From NCBI GenBank assembly GCA_963792965.1, contig CAWBYW010000009.1:224001-288000 (forward strand): DNA of 64,000 nt, given 5' to 3'. The translations under genes were made by a program, and so were the position numbers. The stretch comes from an uncultured delta proteobacterium (lineage in GTDB: Bacteria; Desulfobacterota; Zymogenia; Zymogenales; Zymogenaceae). Under the pieces are notes generated by a model that ran no database searches, was not told the DNA's origin, and saw nothing but the letters and a program-made list of their open reading frames with translations. Of this stretch, positions 11,395 to 22,839 are shown piece after piece (positions within the stretch are counted from its first letter, which is position 1; every line of letters begins with the position of its first letter).

Positions 11395-11477
11395 AGATGA
11401 TTGTCGATTCGTCGTCGCACGGCTTTTCTGAATCTCTCCCGACACGGCATCCCGGGAAACAGGATGTTTTGGTCCCC

Positions 11478-12098
11478 CTAAGAGAGCGCGTTCTTGATCC
11501 CGTCTATGATGAACTGCGCAGCCATCACGCAAAGGATAAGCCCCATGACCCGCTCCAGGATGTTCATGCCGGTCCTGCCGAAGACCCGTTGCACCGTTTC
11601 GGCCCAACTGAGCAGGATAAAGGAGATCAGCATCGTGAGGAAGCTGCCGGCAAGTATTACCATCTTGCTCTCCCACCCCGGCGTATCGGCCGACAGGACC
11701 ATCACCGTGGTGATAGAGGCGGGCCCCGCGAGGATGGGGATCGCCATTGGGACGATGGAGATATCTTCCTTTTTCTCACCCTCGTCTTCTTCCTCGGGCG
11801 TGGTGATCACGCGCGCGCGGATGATGCGGATCATGGCAAACCCGATGAAGAAGAGGATGATGCCCCCCGCGATCTGGAAGGCTTCCACCGTGATACCGAA
11901 AAATTTCAGGATGCTGTCGCCGAAAAGGGTAAATACCGACAGGACCAAGAGCGCCGTCACGCATGACTTGAGTGCGGTCTTCCTCGCCTTGCGTGGGTCC
12001 ATCCCCTTGGTGAGAGTAAGGAAAATCGCAACGCTCTCAGGCGCCCCCACCACCACGAAAATCGTGATGAACGACGTTATGGCAAAGGTATAGTTCAT
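11478..12098 (-). CDS. MarC family integral membrane protein
   Basis: AFQIAGGIILF, VPMAIPILAGPASITT, ERVMGLIL motifs. Confidence 0.92.
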   Translation of the reverse strand: MNYTFAITSFITIFVVVGAPESVAIFLTLTKGMDPRKARKTALKSCVTALLVLSVFTLFGDSILKFFGITVEAFQIAGGIILFFIGFAMIRIIRARVITTPEEEDEGEKKEDISIVPMAIPILAGPASITTVMVLSADTPGWESKMVILAGSFLTMLISFILLSWAETVQRVFGRTGMNILERVMGLILCVMAAQFIIDGIKNALS

Positions 12099-12121
12099 AC
12101 GTCACGACCCACCGCGGTACG

Positions 12122-13462
12122 TCAGGCGCAAAGTCTCAGGATGAGCTCATAAATATACCGGACGCCGAGTAGCATCCCCTCCTCGCTGATCTTCTCGTTT
12201 TTACCGTGGACCGCCTGGACATCCTGTGTCGTGAGCGGGGCGGGAAGAAGCCCGTATGATACGATCCCGAGGTCACGAAAGAAGCGTGAGTCGGTAAATC
12301 CTGTTGAAATCATCGGGATGGTGACGGAATCGGGCGAGAGTCGGCTCGCCGTCTCCGTGACCGCCTCAAAGAATTCTCCGTCGGCGGGCGAGAGCGACGC
12401 GGGGCTGTAGAAGATCTCGCGAATCGCGATCTTCTCGTCGCCGAGCCGGCCCCTCATCCACTCTTTGAATGCTTCCTTGTCGGTCCCGGGAAGCAGCCGC
12501 GTATCCACGGTCACGTGCGCCTTGTCGGGTATGACGTTCTCCTTGATCCCGGCCCGTGCCGTCGTGACGCTCACGGTGTCCGTGAGCATGGCGCCGATCG
12601 TGGGGGTTTTGGCCAGGAGCGTGCCGACCAGCGGACGCATGAACGCAAGACGGACGCTCCTGAGGATCACCCCCTTTACGCCCCCGATTCCGGAGCCCAG
12701 CCCGTCGCAGAATTTCACCGTCTCCGGCGTGAACCGCGCGCGCCTGTGCTTACTGCTGAGCCGGAGGACCCCCTCGGACAATTTGAGGATCGCGTTATCG
12801 GCCACCGGGACGGATCCGTGCCCGGAAGTACCCTCCCGGGAGAGCTCCATCCAGAGGGGACCCTTCTCCCCGACGGCGACCATATACGCGGCCCTGTCCT
12901 TCGGCAGGGTATCTCTCATATGCGCGCCGCCTTCGTTGAGGAGAAAGGCCGCGCTCAACCTATCTTTATGCTCACGCGCCATGTATCCCGCCCCAAGATG
13001 TCCCCCGGTCTCCTCGTCGGCGGTGGCCAGGAACAGAACGTCCCGCTTGAGCTTGATCCCGTTTCGCTTTATCAACAGGAAGGCAACCAGCTCCATGACT
13101 CCCATTCCCTTATCGTCAAGCGTCCCCCGGCCAAGGACGTAGCCGTCCTTGCGTTTCCCCTCGAACGGGTCGAAATCCCAGCTCTCGGCCTGTGCGCCCA
13201 CGGTGTCGATGTGGGAAAGGAGGATGAGCCCCTTAGGACCCGCGCCTGCAAGTTTCGCCAGAATGCTGGCGCGTTTCTTTGCACCGAAAAAGATCTCGGA
13301 ACTGACCCCGTCCTTTTTTAAGAGAGCGGAGAGAAACCTCGCCGCCTCTTCCTCATCTCCGGGTGGGTTGACGGTCTTGATCCGTACATACCGGGAGAGG
13401 ATATCGGCCGCTTCTTCCTTTACTCTGTTCCAATCGATACCGTTTGTCTTACTCATCGTCAT
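12122..13462 (-). CDS. M20/M25/M40 family metallo-hydrolase
   Basis: [38 protein letters not shown]. Confidence 0.92.
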   Translation of the reverse strand: MTMSKTNGIDWNRVKEEAADILSRYVRIKTVNPPGDEEEAARFLSALLKKDGVSSEIFFGAKKRASILAKLAGAGPKGLILLSHIDTVGAQAESWDFDPFEGKRKDGYVLGRGTLDDKGMGVMELVAFLLIKRNGIKLKRDVLFLATADEETGGHLGAGYMAREHKDRLSAAFLLNEGGAHMRDTLPKDRAAYMVAVGEKGPLWMELSREGTSGHGSVPVADNAILKLSEGVLRLSSKHRRARFTPETVKFCDGLGSGIGGVKGVILRSVRLAFMRPLVGTLLAKTPTIGAMLTDTVSVTTARAGIKENVIPDKAHVTVDTRLLPGTDKEAFKEWMRGRLGDEKIAIREIFYSPASLSPADGEFFEAVTETASRLSPDSVTIPMISTGFTDSRFFRDLGIVSYGLLPAPLTTQDVQAVHGKNEKISEEGMLLGVRYIYELILRLCA

Positions 13463-13772
13463 CCACCCGTCTTCGAATGTTCTTTTTTTGCGAAACGCTC
13501 TTCTTTATTTCAAGGCGCCGCTCCCGCGCTCCTCGGGGGATTCGGGTCCCGATGCGAACGGTCGCGGGCCTCGTCCTTTCCTCGATCCTCTCGCTGAGGC
13601 GCTCAAACGCCTTTTTGAGGTTGATGCTCCGGTACCGACTCTCGGAAGCGGTGGCGCTGACCCCGGTCGGGAGGTGCGTGATCCGTACTGCCGTGTCCTT
13701 CTTGTTTTTCCGCTGGCCACCGGGACCGGATGACCGATAAAACTCGATGGATATTTCATCTTTGGAGAACAT
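13449..13772 (-). CDS. RF-1 domain peptidyl-tRNA hydrolase, ArfB-like ribosome rescue factor
   Basis: RSSGPGGQ motif, [11 protein letters not shown], long basic C-terminal tail. Confidence 0.85.
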   Translation of the reverse strand: MFSKDEISIEFYRSSGPGGQRKNKKDTAVRITHLPTGVSATASESRYRSINLKKAFERLSERIEERTRPATVRIGTRIPRGARERRLEIKKSVSQKKNIRRRVDDDE

Positions 13773-13876
13773 GGGTTATGAAAGCGCGTTGACTCGTCGA
13801 AAAAGGAGTAGACCTGCTGCTCGGGCCATGCCCGTCCGCGCAAGCCGCCCGGGTAAAATTGCATCCTGACGCTTTC

Positions 13877-15122
13877 TTATCCGATGGTCGGGATATCCCG
13901 CTCGTCGAGCGGCCCCAACAAGACCGCCGTCATTATGTTCGGGTTGATAATCTCGTTTGCAACCGCAAGGACGTCCTGGGCGGTGACGCTGTTGATTTTC
14001 TCTATAATCTCCTCGGCCTTGATCTGGCGGCCGAAGTAGATCTCATTCTTGGCGAGTCTCCCGAGCCTCGCGTCGGTGCTCTCAAGGGAAAGCAGGAGGT
14101 TTCCCTTGATCTGACCCTTGGCGGAGGCAAGCTCTCCGTCCGGGAGAGGTTTTATCGTAAGCTCCTTGATCTCTTTCATCGTCACGTCGATGAGCTCTCC
14201 GAGCGATTCCTTGTCGGTCCCCGCATAGACCTCCAGCGCCCCGGCGTCCTTATAGGGTGAGAGGAATGAATAGATCGTGTATGCCAGGCCGCGTTTTTCC
14301 CTTACCTCCTGAAAAAGGCGTGAGCTCATCCCCCCTCCCATGACGGTGGTAAGGATGAGCTGGCTGTAACGCTTGGGGTGGGTATAGGGAAGGGCATTAA
14401 AGCCGATGATGAGGTGGACCTGCTCGATATCCCGGGGCTGCGCGACGGTCTTGGCCACAAAACGCGGTGCGGCCATCGGCTCGGGCTTTCCCCTCGGGAC
14501 GCCGGCCAGCGCGTCGCTCAAGCAGGCCCGCAAGGGTCCCATGATCGAAATTACCCACGGCGCCAACTATGATGTTTTCCTGCGTATGGTGATGCGCGCG
14601 GTAGTCGATCAGAGACTGGCGGGTGATGGACTTGACGGTCTTTTCCTCTCCGAGGATCGAATAGCCGAGAGGGTGGTCGCCCCACATGGTCTTGAAGGAA
14701 AGATCATGGATATAGTCATCGGGGGCGTCTTCCACCATTTTTATCTCCTGGATGACCACCCCCTTTTCCTTCTTGAGCTCACCTTCGGGGAACGTCGGGT
14801 TTACAAACAGATCGCACAGGACGTCGACCCCAAGGGCGACGTCCTCCTTGAGCACCTTCACGTAGAAATTGGTGTATTCCTTCGACGTATAGGCGTTGAG
14901 GTTTCCCCCCACGTCATCGATCTCCTTGGCGATCTGGAACGCACTCCGTTTTTCGGTCCCTTTGAAGAGCATGTGCTCGACGAAGTGACCCATCCCCATG
15001 GTCCGTTTCTCGTCGGAGATCGAGCCCGATTTCACCCAGATCCCGAGGGATACCGAGTGAACATACGGTATATGTTCCGAAAGAAAGGTGATCCCTTTTC
15101 CGATGTCTGTCTTCTTAAACAT
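13877..15122 (-). CDS. M16 family zinc peptidase (frameshift ~14520)
   Basis: HFVEH inverted zinc motif, NAYTSKE, SSRLFQEVREKRGLAY; typical position after pnp. Confidence 0.9.
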
Positions 15123-15134
15123 GTCCGCCGGTTT

Positions 15135-17231
15135 TTACGATTCGTCGCCCCGCAGGGCTTCTTTACGGGAGAGCTTGATCCTCCCCTCTTTGTCGATATC
15201 GATGACTTTGACCCTGACCGTATCGCCTTCCTTGATCACATCCGTGACCTTGTTGACGCGGTTCCTGGCAAGCTGCGATATGTGGACCAACCCATCGACT
15301 CCGGGGAGTATCTCCACGAAGGCGCCGAAGTCGACCACCCGCACGACCTTCCCGTCATAGATCTCTCCGATTGCGGCCTCTTTAGTCAGCTCCTTGATCG
15401 TCTCTATGGCCCGGTTTGCGGCAGCCTCGTCGTTGGAGGCGATCTCCACCTTGCCATCGTCGGTGATCTCGATCCTGACGCCGGTATCGCTGACGATCTT
15501 CCTTATCATCTTTCCACCGGGGCCGATGACGTCCCTGATCTTATCGGGATTGATGAAGATCGTTATGATGCGCGGCGCATGGGGCGACAGCTCCGGGCGC
15601 GGCTTTACTATGGCCTGAGACATCTTGGCCAGTATATGCTCCCTGCCCGCCTTCGCCTGCGTGAGGGCCTGCCCCAGGATCGCTTCTCCGATACCCTTGA
15701 TCTTGATGTCCATCTGCAGCGCGGTGATCCCCTTCTTCGTGCCGGCGACCTTGAAGTCCATGTCGCCCGCATGGTCCTCGTCTCCCATGATGTCCGTCAG
15801 GATGGCCACCTTGTCGCCTTCCTTAACGAGGCCCATCGCGATCCCCGCCACGTGTTCTTTGACGGGGACGCCCGCATCCATCAGGGAAAGGCTTGAGCCG
15901 CAGACGGTCGCCATTGAGGACGATCCGTTGGACTCCAGCACGTCCGAGACGATCCGGATGGTGTACGGGAAGTCTTCGGCGTGGGGCAGGACACTGGAAA
16001 TCGCTCGCTCCGCCAGGGCGCCGTGGCCGATCTCCCGTCTTGTGGGCCCGCGCAGCGGCCGGGCCTCGCCGACCGAAAACGGCGGGAAATTGTAGTGGAG
16101 CATGAACGATTTATAGCTCTCCCCCCTCAGCGCGTCGATCTTCTGCTCGTCCTGCGACGTCCCAAGGGTCGTCGAGGAGAGAACCTGGGTCTCCCCGCGG
16201 GTGAAGAGTGCGCTGCCGTGCGTGCGCGGGAGTATCGCCACCTCACAGGTGATGGGCCTGATCTCGTCGAATTTCCGCCCGTCAATGCGTAGTGCGCTGT
16301 CCAGGATCATCGTGCGCATGACGCGGCGCTCAACCTCATCGAAGCACGCCGCGGCTTCGATGATTTTCTCCGAGTCGTCGGCGATTTCGAGGGATTCGAA
16401 GAGCTCGTTTCTGAGATCCGCAAATACCCGGTATCGTTCCTGCTTTACTTTTACCGCAAAGGCCTTCTTGACCTTATCGATGATCCGCTTTTCTACGTCC
16501 GCCAGCAGCCTTGAATCGAGCTCTTTCTCGACGAATTCCCGCTTGGGGCGGCCCGCCTCTTTCATCAATTCGAGCTGAATGTCGATGAGCGGCTGCAGGG
16601 CGCGGTGGGCGGAGAATATCGCGTTCAGGACGTCCTCCTCGCTGATCTCCGAGCACTTCCCCTCCACCATCACGACGTTCTCGCGGCTCCCGGCGACCAT
16701 CAGATCCATGTCGCTCTTCTCGAGCTCCTCGCCGCTCGGGTTGAAGACGATCGTTCCATCGACCCTTCCCACCCTGACGGCCGCGATGGGCCCGTGAAAC
16801 GGGATGTCCGAAAGGCAGAGAGCGGCCGAAGCCCCGGTGAGCGCCATGATGTCCGGATCGTTATCCCGGTCGATGGAAAGGACCGTCGCCACGATCTGGG
16901 TCTCGTAGTGATATCCCTTGGGAAAGAGCGGCCTGATAGGCCGGTCGATGATGCGGCAGGTGAGGATTTCCCGTTCGCTGGGTCTTCCCTCCCGCTTGAA
17001 GAAGCCGCCGGGAATCTTGCCCGCGGCGTAGGTCATCTCCTGATAGTCAACGGTCAGGGGCAGAAAATCGGCCCCGGCCCGGGGAGTATCCGCCGATACG
17101 GCCGTGATGAGAACCCGTGTATCGCCATATTTCACAAAGACCGCGGCGCTGGCCTGTTTGGCCATCCTGCCGGTCTCGATGGCGAACGTCCTCCCATAGA
17201 AATCTGTCTGTTTTTCTGTTTGTTCGATCAT
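15135..17231 (-). CDS. pnp: Polyribonucleotide nucleotidyltransferase
   Basis: Two RNase PH domains ([29 protein letters not shown]), KH and S1 domains. Confidence 0.98.
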   Translation of the reverse strand: MIEQTEKQTDFYGRTFAIETGRMAKQASAAVFVKYGDTRVLITAVSADTPRAGADFLPLTVDYQEMTYAAGKIPGGFFKREGRPSEREILTCRIIDRPIRPLFPKGYHYETQIVATVLSIDRDNDPDIMALTGASAALCLSDIPFHGPIAAVRVGRVDGTIVFNPSGEELEKSDMDLMVAGSRENVVMVEGKCSEISEEDVLNAIFSAHRALQPLIDIQLELMKEAGRPKREFVEKELDSRLLADVEKRIIDKVKKAFAVKVKQERYRVFADLRNELFESLEIADDSEKIIEAAACFDEVERRVMRTMILDSALRIDGRKFDEIRPITCEVAILPRTHGSALFTRGETQVLSSTTLGTSQDEQKIDALRGESYKSFMLHYNFPPFSVGEARPLRGPTRREIGHGALAERAISSVLPHAEDFPYTIRIVSDVLESNGSSSMATVCGSSLSLMDAGVPVKEHVAGIAMGLVKEGDKVAILTDIMGDEDHAGDMDFKVAGTKKGITALQMDIKIKGIGEAILGQALTQAKAGREHILAKMSQAIVKPRPELSPHAPRIITIFINPDKIRDVIGPGGKMIRKIVSDTGVRIEITDDGKVEIASNDEAAANRAIETIKELTKEAAIGEIYDGKVVRVVDFGAFVEILPGVDGLVHISQLARNRVNKVTDVIKEGDTVRVKVIDIDKEGRIKLSRKEALRGDES

Positions 17232-17263
17232 ATAGTTTTTCCAAAGTCTGGGGGCGGCCTTTC

Positions 17264-17533
17264 TTACTTTCTGATGCCGAGCCGTGCGATGAGCTCCCGG
17301 TATCCCTCGAGATTCTTCCTCTTGAGGTAGTCCAGGAGCCTCCTGCGTTGTCCGACCATTTTCAAGAGGCCGCGCCGAGACGTGTGATCCTTCTTATGTG
17401 TTTTAAAATGTTCCGTAAGGATGGTGATACGCTCCGTTAAAAGGGCGATCTGAACCTCCGGTGAACCGGTATCGGACGGATGTTTCTTATATCCGCCGAT
17501 AATCTCAACTTTCTTCTCTTTTGCCAACGACAT
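17264..17533 (-). CDS. rpsO: 30S ribosomal protein S15
   Basis: [34 protein letters not shown]. Confidence 0.98.
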   Translation of the reverse strand: MSLAKEKKVEIIGGYKKHPSDTGSPEVQIALLTERITILTEHFKTHKKDHTSRRGLLKMVGQRRRLLDYLKRKNLEGYRELIARLGIRK

Positions 17534-17551
17534 GGCATTACCTCCTTTCTG

Positions 17552-18445
17552 TCACACAAATACTTTGAGCGGCTTCAAATTTGCCCTCATATTCTCATCC
17601 AAAACCTTTGCCAGCGCCACCAGCTTTCCGTCGTGCACTAATTTTACCGTGACCCCCGGCCGCATCTCCGACAGCTCCCGGGAGCTCAGAAATCCGCCGT
17701 TAGCCACAAGGTTTGCCTGCTCGTGGCTGATGGGTACTTCCCTGATGTCTGCGACCGCCTCCCTGAGGCTCATCACGGCGCTGTAGCCGGAAATGCCGAG
17801 CGCCACGAAATCAAAGAGCGGGTGGGCCATCTCGATGGTGAACGGGCCCGAGGCCGTTCTCCTGAGCTGTTCGAGGTAGGCGCCCACCCCAAGCGCCTCT
17901 CCGATGTCAGCCGCCAGCGCCCTGATGTAGGTTCCGGGACCGCATCTCGCCTCGAAAGTGACCCGCGGGGGCTCATATTCGACCAGGTCCAGCGACCGAA
18001 TATGGACGGTGCGCGCAGCCGGCTGGGGAGTCACCGCCCCACTTCGAGCCAGCTTGTAGAGTCTCACGCCATCGACCTTTACGGCCGAATAGAGCGGGGG
18101 CCTCTGGAGGATGTCCCCCACGAAACGGGCCATCACAAGCCTTATGTCGTCCTCGGTGATGCCGGCGATGTCGTGGCTCTCGAGAACCTTCCCGGTTCCG
18201 TCGTAGGTATCCGTCGCCGCGCCGAGAACCATCACCCCCGTATAAGCTTTCTCGGTCTTATCCAGAAACGGGATAAGCTTCGTTCCTTGATTGACGCCCA
18301 TGACCAGCACACCTGTGGCAAAGGGGTCCAGTGTCCCGGTGTGGCCGACCTTGGCGGCACACAGCGACCGCTTGACCTGCTGTACCGCGTCGTGTGAGGT
18401 CAAGCGATCGGGCTTATCGATGATAACTACACCGTCAAACGACAC
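17552..18445 (-). CDS. truB: tRNA pseudouridine(55) synthase
   Basis: KVGHTGTLDPFATG, PPLYSAVK, GTYIR; GTG start with GGAGG SD. Confidence 0.95.
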   Translation of the reverse strand: MSFDGVVIIDKPDRLTSHDAVQQVKRSLCAAKVGHTGTLDPFATGVLVMGVNQGTKLIPFLDKTEKAYTGVMVLGAATDTYDGTGKVLESHDIAGITEDDIRLVMARFVGDILQRPPLYSAVKVDGVRLYKLARSGAVTPQPAARTVHIRSLDLVEYEPPRVTFEARCGPGTYIRALAADIGEALGVGAYLEQLRRTASGPFTIEMAHPLFDFVALGISGYSAVMSLREAVADIREVPISHEQANLVANGGFLSSRELSEMRPGVTVKLVHDGKLVALAKVLDENMRANLKPLKVFV

Positions 18446-19430
18446 GCTTCTTCCCTCCACCGGCTCTTTCCTCAATGGCCTTTTGCGCAAGCGCAAATAC
18501 GTCGTGTTTCACCTTTGAAAGCGTACCGTAGATGGTGCACCCCGCTGCGTTCATGTGGCCGCCGCCGCCGAAGTGGCCGGCGATTTGCGACACATCCATG
18601 TCATCCCGCGATCTGAAGCTGACCTTGAAGCCGCCGTCCGGCTGCTCCCGGAACAGGACCGCCACCTTGACCCCCCCGACGAAACGGGGATAATCGATGA
18701 ACCCCTCGATCACGTCAGGGCCGGTGTCGGTTTCCTTAAACATCCGCTGCGTGATCGTCATCGAGCCTACCCTTCCCCGATCCGCAAATTCGAGCGTGCC
18801 CAGCGCCAACCGCAACAGATCCAGCCGCGATACGGAGTAGTTCTCGTTTATCTCTTCGGCTATCTTTGCGGGACGCGCACCATACCTGACGAGCCCGGCC
18901 GATATCTCAAAGGCCCGCATCGTTGTATTGGAATAGGTATAGCTCCCGGTGTCGGTCATGATGGAGGTATAAAGACACGTCGCGACATCGGGGCTGATCG
19001 CTCTTCCGAGGGCGCCGATGAGATCGTAGAGCATCTCGCCGACAGCGCACGCGTTCGGGTCGATCAGGTTGATGTCCCCGAACAGGGCGTTGGAGATGTG
19101 ATGGTCGATATTGACCACCCGGCCGAACCTGACATGTGCCGCGATATCTTTCCCGGTTCGCTCCCAGTCCGTGCTGTCGACGACGATCCCGAGGTCGAAG
19201 AAGCTTCCCCTCACGACGTCAAGATCGTGCACCACGTCGCCTGAGTTCGGTAGGAATCTCAGGTTATTCGGAATCCGATCGGTCATAAAGGCCGTGACGT
19301 CCCGCCCCATCTCCCTAAAGAGACAGTTGAGGGCAAGGAGACAGCCGATCGCGTCGCCGTCAGGATTAATGTGCGTCGTGACAAAGATACGCTTCGAGTC
19401 TTCTATCGCCCTTGTGATTTTTTCCAGCAT
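18435..19430 (-). CDS. nrnA: DHH family phosphoesterase (NrnA-like oligoribonuclease)
   Basis: HINPDGDA, NIDHH, TDTG, SFRS, GGGGH. Confidence 0.9.
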   Translation of the reverse strand: MLEKITRAIEDSKRIFVTTHINPDGDAIGCLLALNCLFREMGRDVTAFMTDRIPNNLRFLPNSGDVVHDLDVVRGSFFDLGIVVDSTDWERTGKDIAAHVRFGRVVNIDHHISNALFGDINLIDPNACAVGEMLYDLIGALGRAISPDVATCLYTSIMTDTGSYTYSNTTMRAFEISAGLVRYGARPAKIAEEINENYSVSRLDLLRLALGTLEFADRGRVGSMTITQRMFKETDTGPDVIEGFIDYPRFVGGVKVAVLFREQPDGGFKVSFRSRDDMDVSQIAGHFGGGGHMNAAGCTIYGTLSKVKHDVFALAQKAIEERAGGGKKRVV

Positions 19431-19435
19431 GAGTG

Positions 19436-19789
19436 CTATTCTTTTTTCAGCTCCTCGAGGATCCTGTCGATCTTCTCCCCGTAGTCGCTGCTCTTATCGT
19501 AAATAAAGGTCAGCTCGGGCACCCTCCTTATCGTGAGTCCGGCGGCAAGGCTGCTCCTGATGAACCCGGCGGCGCTCTCCAGCCCCTTCTGGGCCTCTTT
19601 CCTGGCGGTCCCGTCTGCGCCGACGGTGTAAAAGACCTTTGCAGTCCTGATGTCCCGTGAGACCTCGACGCCCGTGACGGTGATCATCCCGATGCGCGGG
19701 TCCTTTATCTCTTTGATCAAGAGCCTGGAGACCTCCTCCCTGATGAGGTCGGCGAGCCTCTCTGTTCTCCTGCCGTCCTTTCCCTTCAC
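19436..19789 (-). CDS. rbfA: Ribosome-binding factor A
   Basis: IKDPR, TVTGVEVSRD, RRVPELTF; operon position. Confidence 0.95.
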   Translation of the reverse strand: MKGKDGRRTERLADLIREEVSRLLIKEIKDPRIGMITVTGVEVSRDIRTAKVFYTVGADGTARKEAQKGLESAAGFIRSSLAAGLTIRRVPELTFIYDKSSDYGEKIDRILEELKKE

Positions 19790-20095
19790 CTAACAAAAAT
19801 CTCCATCGGAATAGTTGAGTATTTCTATTCTATGATCGATTATCTCGGCAAGATCGAGAGACTCCATGTAGTTAATAATCTTGTCGATGTGGGAATTGAC
19901 GAAGGAGGCGTCGTTTCCCACCACGGTTATGCCGATGGTCGCCTTCTGCCAGAGGTCGCCGTCGGCGACCTCGGCGCACGCGGCGTTGAATTTATTATGG
20001 ACCAACACGGTAAGTTTTTTTACCACCTGCCGTTTTGCCTTGAGAGAATTGGCGTGGTGGATGAAAAACTGGACTCGCCCCACCCCGACGAACAT
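19790..20095 (-). CDS. DUF503 family protein (YlxP-like)
   Basis: SLKAKRQVV, NKFNAACAEV, DLWQKA; between infB and rbfA. Confidence 0.88.
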   Translation of the reverse strand: MFVGVGRVQFFIHHANSLKAKRQVVKKLTVLVHNKFNAACAEVADGDLWQKATIGITVVGNDASFVNSHIDKIINYMESLDLAEIIDHRIEILNYSDGDFC

Positions 20096-20096
20096 C

Positions 20097-22766
20097 TCAC
20101 AACTCCGCGGCGACCTCCTCGATCATGTATGACTCGATGGTGTCGTTCGGCTTGAAATCGTTATAGTTTTCTATCTTGATGCCGCACTCGTAGCCCGTCG
20201 CGACCTCCCTGCTGTCTTCCTTGAACCGCTTAAGGGATTCGATCTTTCCTTCGAAGACGACCTGCTTATCCCTGATAACGCGGGCCCTGGATCCCCTTAC
20301 AATCTTCCCGTCTACGACGTAGCTGCCGGCGACCGGCCCGATCTTGGGTATGGTGAAGATTTCGCGTACCTCGGCATGTCCAAGGGTTTTCTCCACCAGT
20401 TTCGGCGCCAGCATGCCCGTCATCGCCCGCTTGATGTCGTCTACGCAATCGTAGATGATGTTGTAGAGTTTTATTTCGACCTTCTCCAGCTCCGCCAGCT
20501 CCGTAACCTTTGGTTCCGGGCGGACGGAAAAGCCGATGATGACCGCCTCGGAGGCCGAAGCGAGCATCACGTCCGATTCGGTGATGCTTCCCGTCGCCCC
20601 GTGCACCACAACGACCTTCACCTCGTCATTGGAGAGGCCGGTGAGGCTGTCGGTGAGCGCCTCGACGGAGCCCTGCACATCCCCCTTGATGATGAGTTTC
20701 AGCTCCTTGATTCCCTCTCCTTCCTGTATCTTCTTATAGAAATCCTCAAGGCTGGCGCGTGAGCGGGGAACGACCATCTCCTTTTCCCGCACCTTCAGCT
20801 GGCGGTGACCCACCACCTCTTTGGCTGTCTTCTCGCTTTCGACGACGCTGAAGGGGTCTCCCGCCATCGGCACGCCCCCGAGGCCCAGGATCTCCACCGG
20901 GATGGACGGGCCCGCCTCCTGGACGAACTCTCCCAGGTCGTTTACGAGGGCCCTGACCCTGCCGGCAAAGAGCCCGGTCACGAAATGATCCCCCACCCTG
21001 AGGGTACCCTCTTTCACCAGGACCGTGGCGATGGGTCCCCTGCCTCGATCGAGCCGCGCTTCGATGACAACCCCCCGGGCCGGCTTGTTGGGGTTGGCGC
21101 GGAGCTCCAGCATCTCCGATTGGATGAGGATCATCTCGAGAAGCTCGTTGATGTTGGTCTTCTTCTTGGCGGAAAGCTCAACGGAAATCGTATCCCCTCC
21201 GAGATCCTCGGGGACCAGCCCGTACTCTATGAGCTCCTTCTTGATCCGCTCGGGCTTGGCGTCCGGCTTATCGATTTTGTTTACGGCCACGATGATCGGG
21301 ACGCCGGCATCCTTGGCGTGGTTGATGGCCTCGATCGTCTGGGGCATAACGCCGTCGTCGGCCGCGACGACAAGGACAACGATATCGGTTACCTGCGCGC
21401 CCCGCGCCCGCATCGTGGTGAAGGCTTCATGGCCGGGGGTATCCAGGAACGTGATCCTTTTCCCCTTTACGTCGACCTCATAGGCGCCGATGTGCTGGGT
21501 GATACCGCCGAATTCGCCACCGACGACGTTCGTTTTTCTGATGGCGTCAAGAAGGGTGGTCTTCCCGTGATCCACGTGCCCCATGATCGTCACCACGGGG
21601 GGACGAGTAATCAGGTCTTTGTCCTGATCTTCGACGTCTTTGATCAGTGTCCCCTCCTCGAAGGCGACGTTTTCAATTTCGTATCCGAAATCCTGAGCGA
21701 GAATGGAAGCGGTATCCAGATCGACGACCTGGTTGATCGTGGCCATCATGCCCAGCCCCATCATCTTTCTTATCAGGTCGCCCGCCTTTACGCCCATCCT
21801 CTTGGCAAGCTCGCCGACGCTGACAACCTCCTCGATCTTGACGACGCGTTTGCTCGCCTTGGGGGTCGTGATAACGGTCTTGAGCATAACCTTTCTTATC
21901 GGCTTGACGGCTTTCTTTGACCTCTTTGGAGGGGGACCCGCCTTCGCCCGCGCCCCCTCATCCCAGGTGGTCTGAACCTCCGGCTTAATGAGGACCTCGC
22001 GTTTCTTGGCGGGGCGCTTGACGGTCGCCGCTTCTTCACCGACGTTGCCTCTTCGCTTCTTCTTCTTCTTCTTCTCGACCTCTTTTTTTACCGGCGCGAC
22101 GGCGGTCTTCTTCTCGCCGACAGCGCCGTCGGCCCGTCGCCTCTCCGCGGTCACGGCCTCCCCTTTCTGGGGTTTTTGAATGATCTTGGGGCCGACGACC
22201 TCTCCCATCTCCTCCTTGGAGACGGTCTTGAGTCTCCTGCCGAGGAGGCGCCCCCTCTGCTCTTCAACCGGCGCCTCTTTCTTCTCGGGCTTCCTTTCGA
22301 CCCGCTGTTCGGCCGGGGTCACCGCTTTAGCAGCGGTCTGAACCTCTTCCCTTTTCTCTTCCCGCTCTTTCTTCGGTTTTTCGGCAATGATCCGTGGAAG
22401 CGGCGTTTCTTCCTTTTCTACTGTTTTAAGTCTCGGGGTGCTCTCTTTCCTCGGCCCCCGCTCGTCCTGCGCCTCCTCGACACCAACCTCTTGGTCGACC
22501 TCCGGCTCCGGCGGCGTGCTCTCTTCGGCGGACGCCGTCGGTTTTTCTTTGGCCCTTCTCCTGATGACGGTCGGTTTGATCCGCTCCTCGACGACACTGT
22601 CCGATCTTTCCTTCCTGACCATCTCTTCGAGGATCCTGACCTCTTCCGCTTCGAGGGTCTCCGTGGCGTCTTCTATGCCCAGGCCGATCTCCTGGACCTT
22701 TTTCAGCAAGGCCTCGTCTTCCATCTTTAGTTTTTTCGCCAGTTCGAAGACTTTCATTTTAGACAT
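20097..22766 (-). CDS. infB: Translation initiation factor IF-2
   Basis: [21 protein letters not shown]; long charged N-terminal region. Confidence 0.98.
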   Translation of the reverse strand: MSKMKVFELAKKLKMEDEALLKKVQEIGLGIEDATETLEAEEVRILEEMVRKERSDSVVEERIKPTVIRRRAKEKPTASAEESTPPEPEVDQEVGVEEAQDERGPRKESTPRLKTVEKEETPLPRIIAEKPKKEREEKREEVQTAAKAVTPAEQRVERKPEKKEAPVEEQRGRLLGRRLKTVSKEEMGEVVGPKIIQKPQKGEAVTAERRRADGAVGEKKTAVAPVKKEVEKKKKKKRRGNVGEEAATVKRPAKKREVLIKPEVQTTWDEGARAKAGPPPKRSKKAVKPIRKVMLKTVITTPKASKRVVKIEEVVSVGELAKRMGVKAGDLIRKMMGLGMMATINQVVDLDTASILAQDFGYEIENVAFEEGTLIKDVEDQDKDLITRPPVVTIMGHVDHGKTTLLDAIRKTNVVGGEFGGITQHIGAYEVDVKGKRITFLDTPGHEAFTTMRARGAQVTDIVVLVVAADDGVMPQTIEAINHAKDAGVPIIVAVNKIDKPDAKPERIKKELIEYGLVPEDLGGDTISVELSAKKKTNINELLEMILIQSEMLELRANPNKPARGVVIEARLDRGRGPIATVLVKEGTLRVGDHFVTGLFAGRVRALVNDLGEFVQEAGPSIPVEILGLGGVPMAGDPFSVVESEKTAKEVVGHRQLKVREKEMVVPRSRASLEDFYKKIQEGEGIKELKLIIKGDVQGSVEALTDSLTGLSNDEVKVVVVHGATGSITESDVMLASASEAVIIGFSVRPEPKVTELAELEKVEIKLYNIIYDCVDDIKRAMTGMLAPKLVEKTLGHAEVREIFTIPKIGPVAGSYVVDGKIVRGSRARVIRDKQVVFEGKIESLKRFKEDSREVATGYECGIKIENYNDFKPNDTIESYMIEEVAAEL

Positions 22767-22839
22767 ACAAAAAGCACCCCCACAAGGCGGACATCGTCTG
22801 CCACTCTATTGTCGTCATATGACGTGGTGTCGCTATTCG

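Noticed and set aside
14406-15896. Long + strand ORFs antisense to real genes (also 7556-8671, 20805-21920, 22387-23754, 26779-28011, 38440-39921)
   Set aside because: Shadow ORFs expected from high-GC codon bias opposite well-identified genes; no recognisable motifs.
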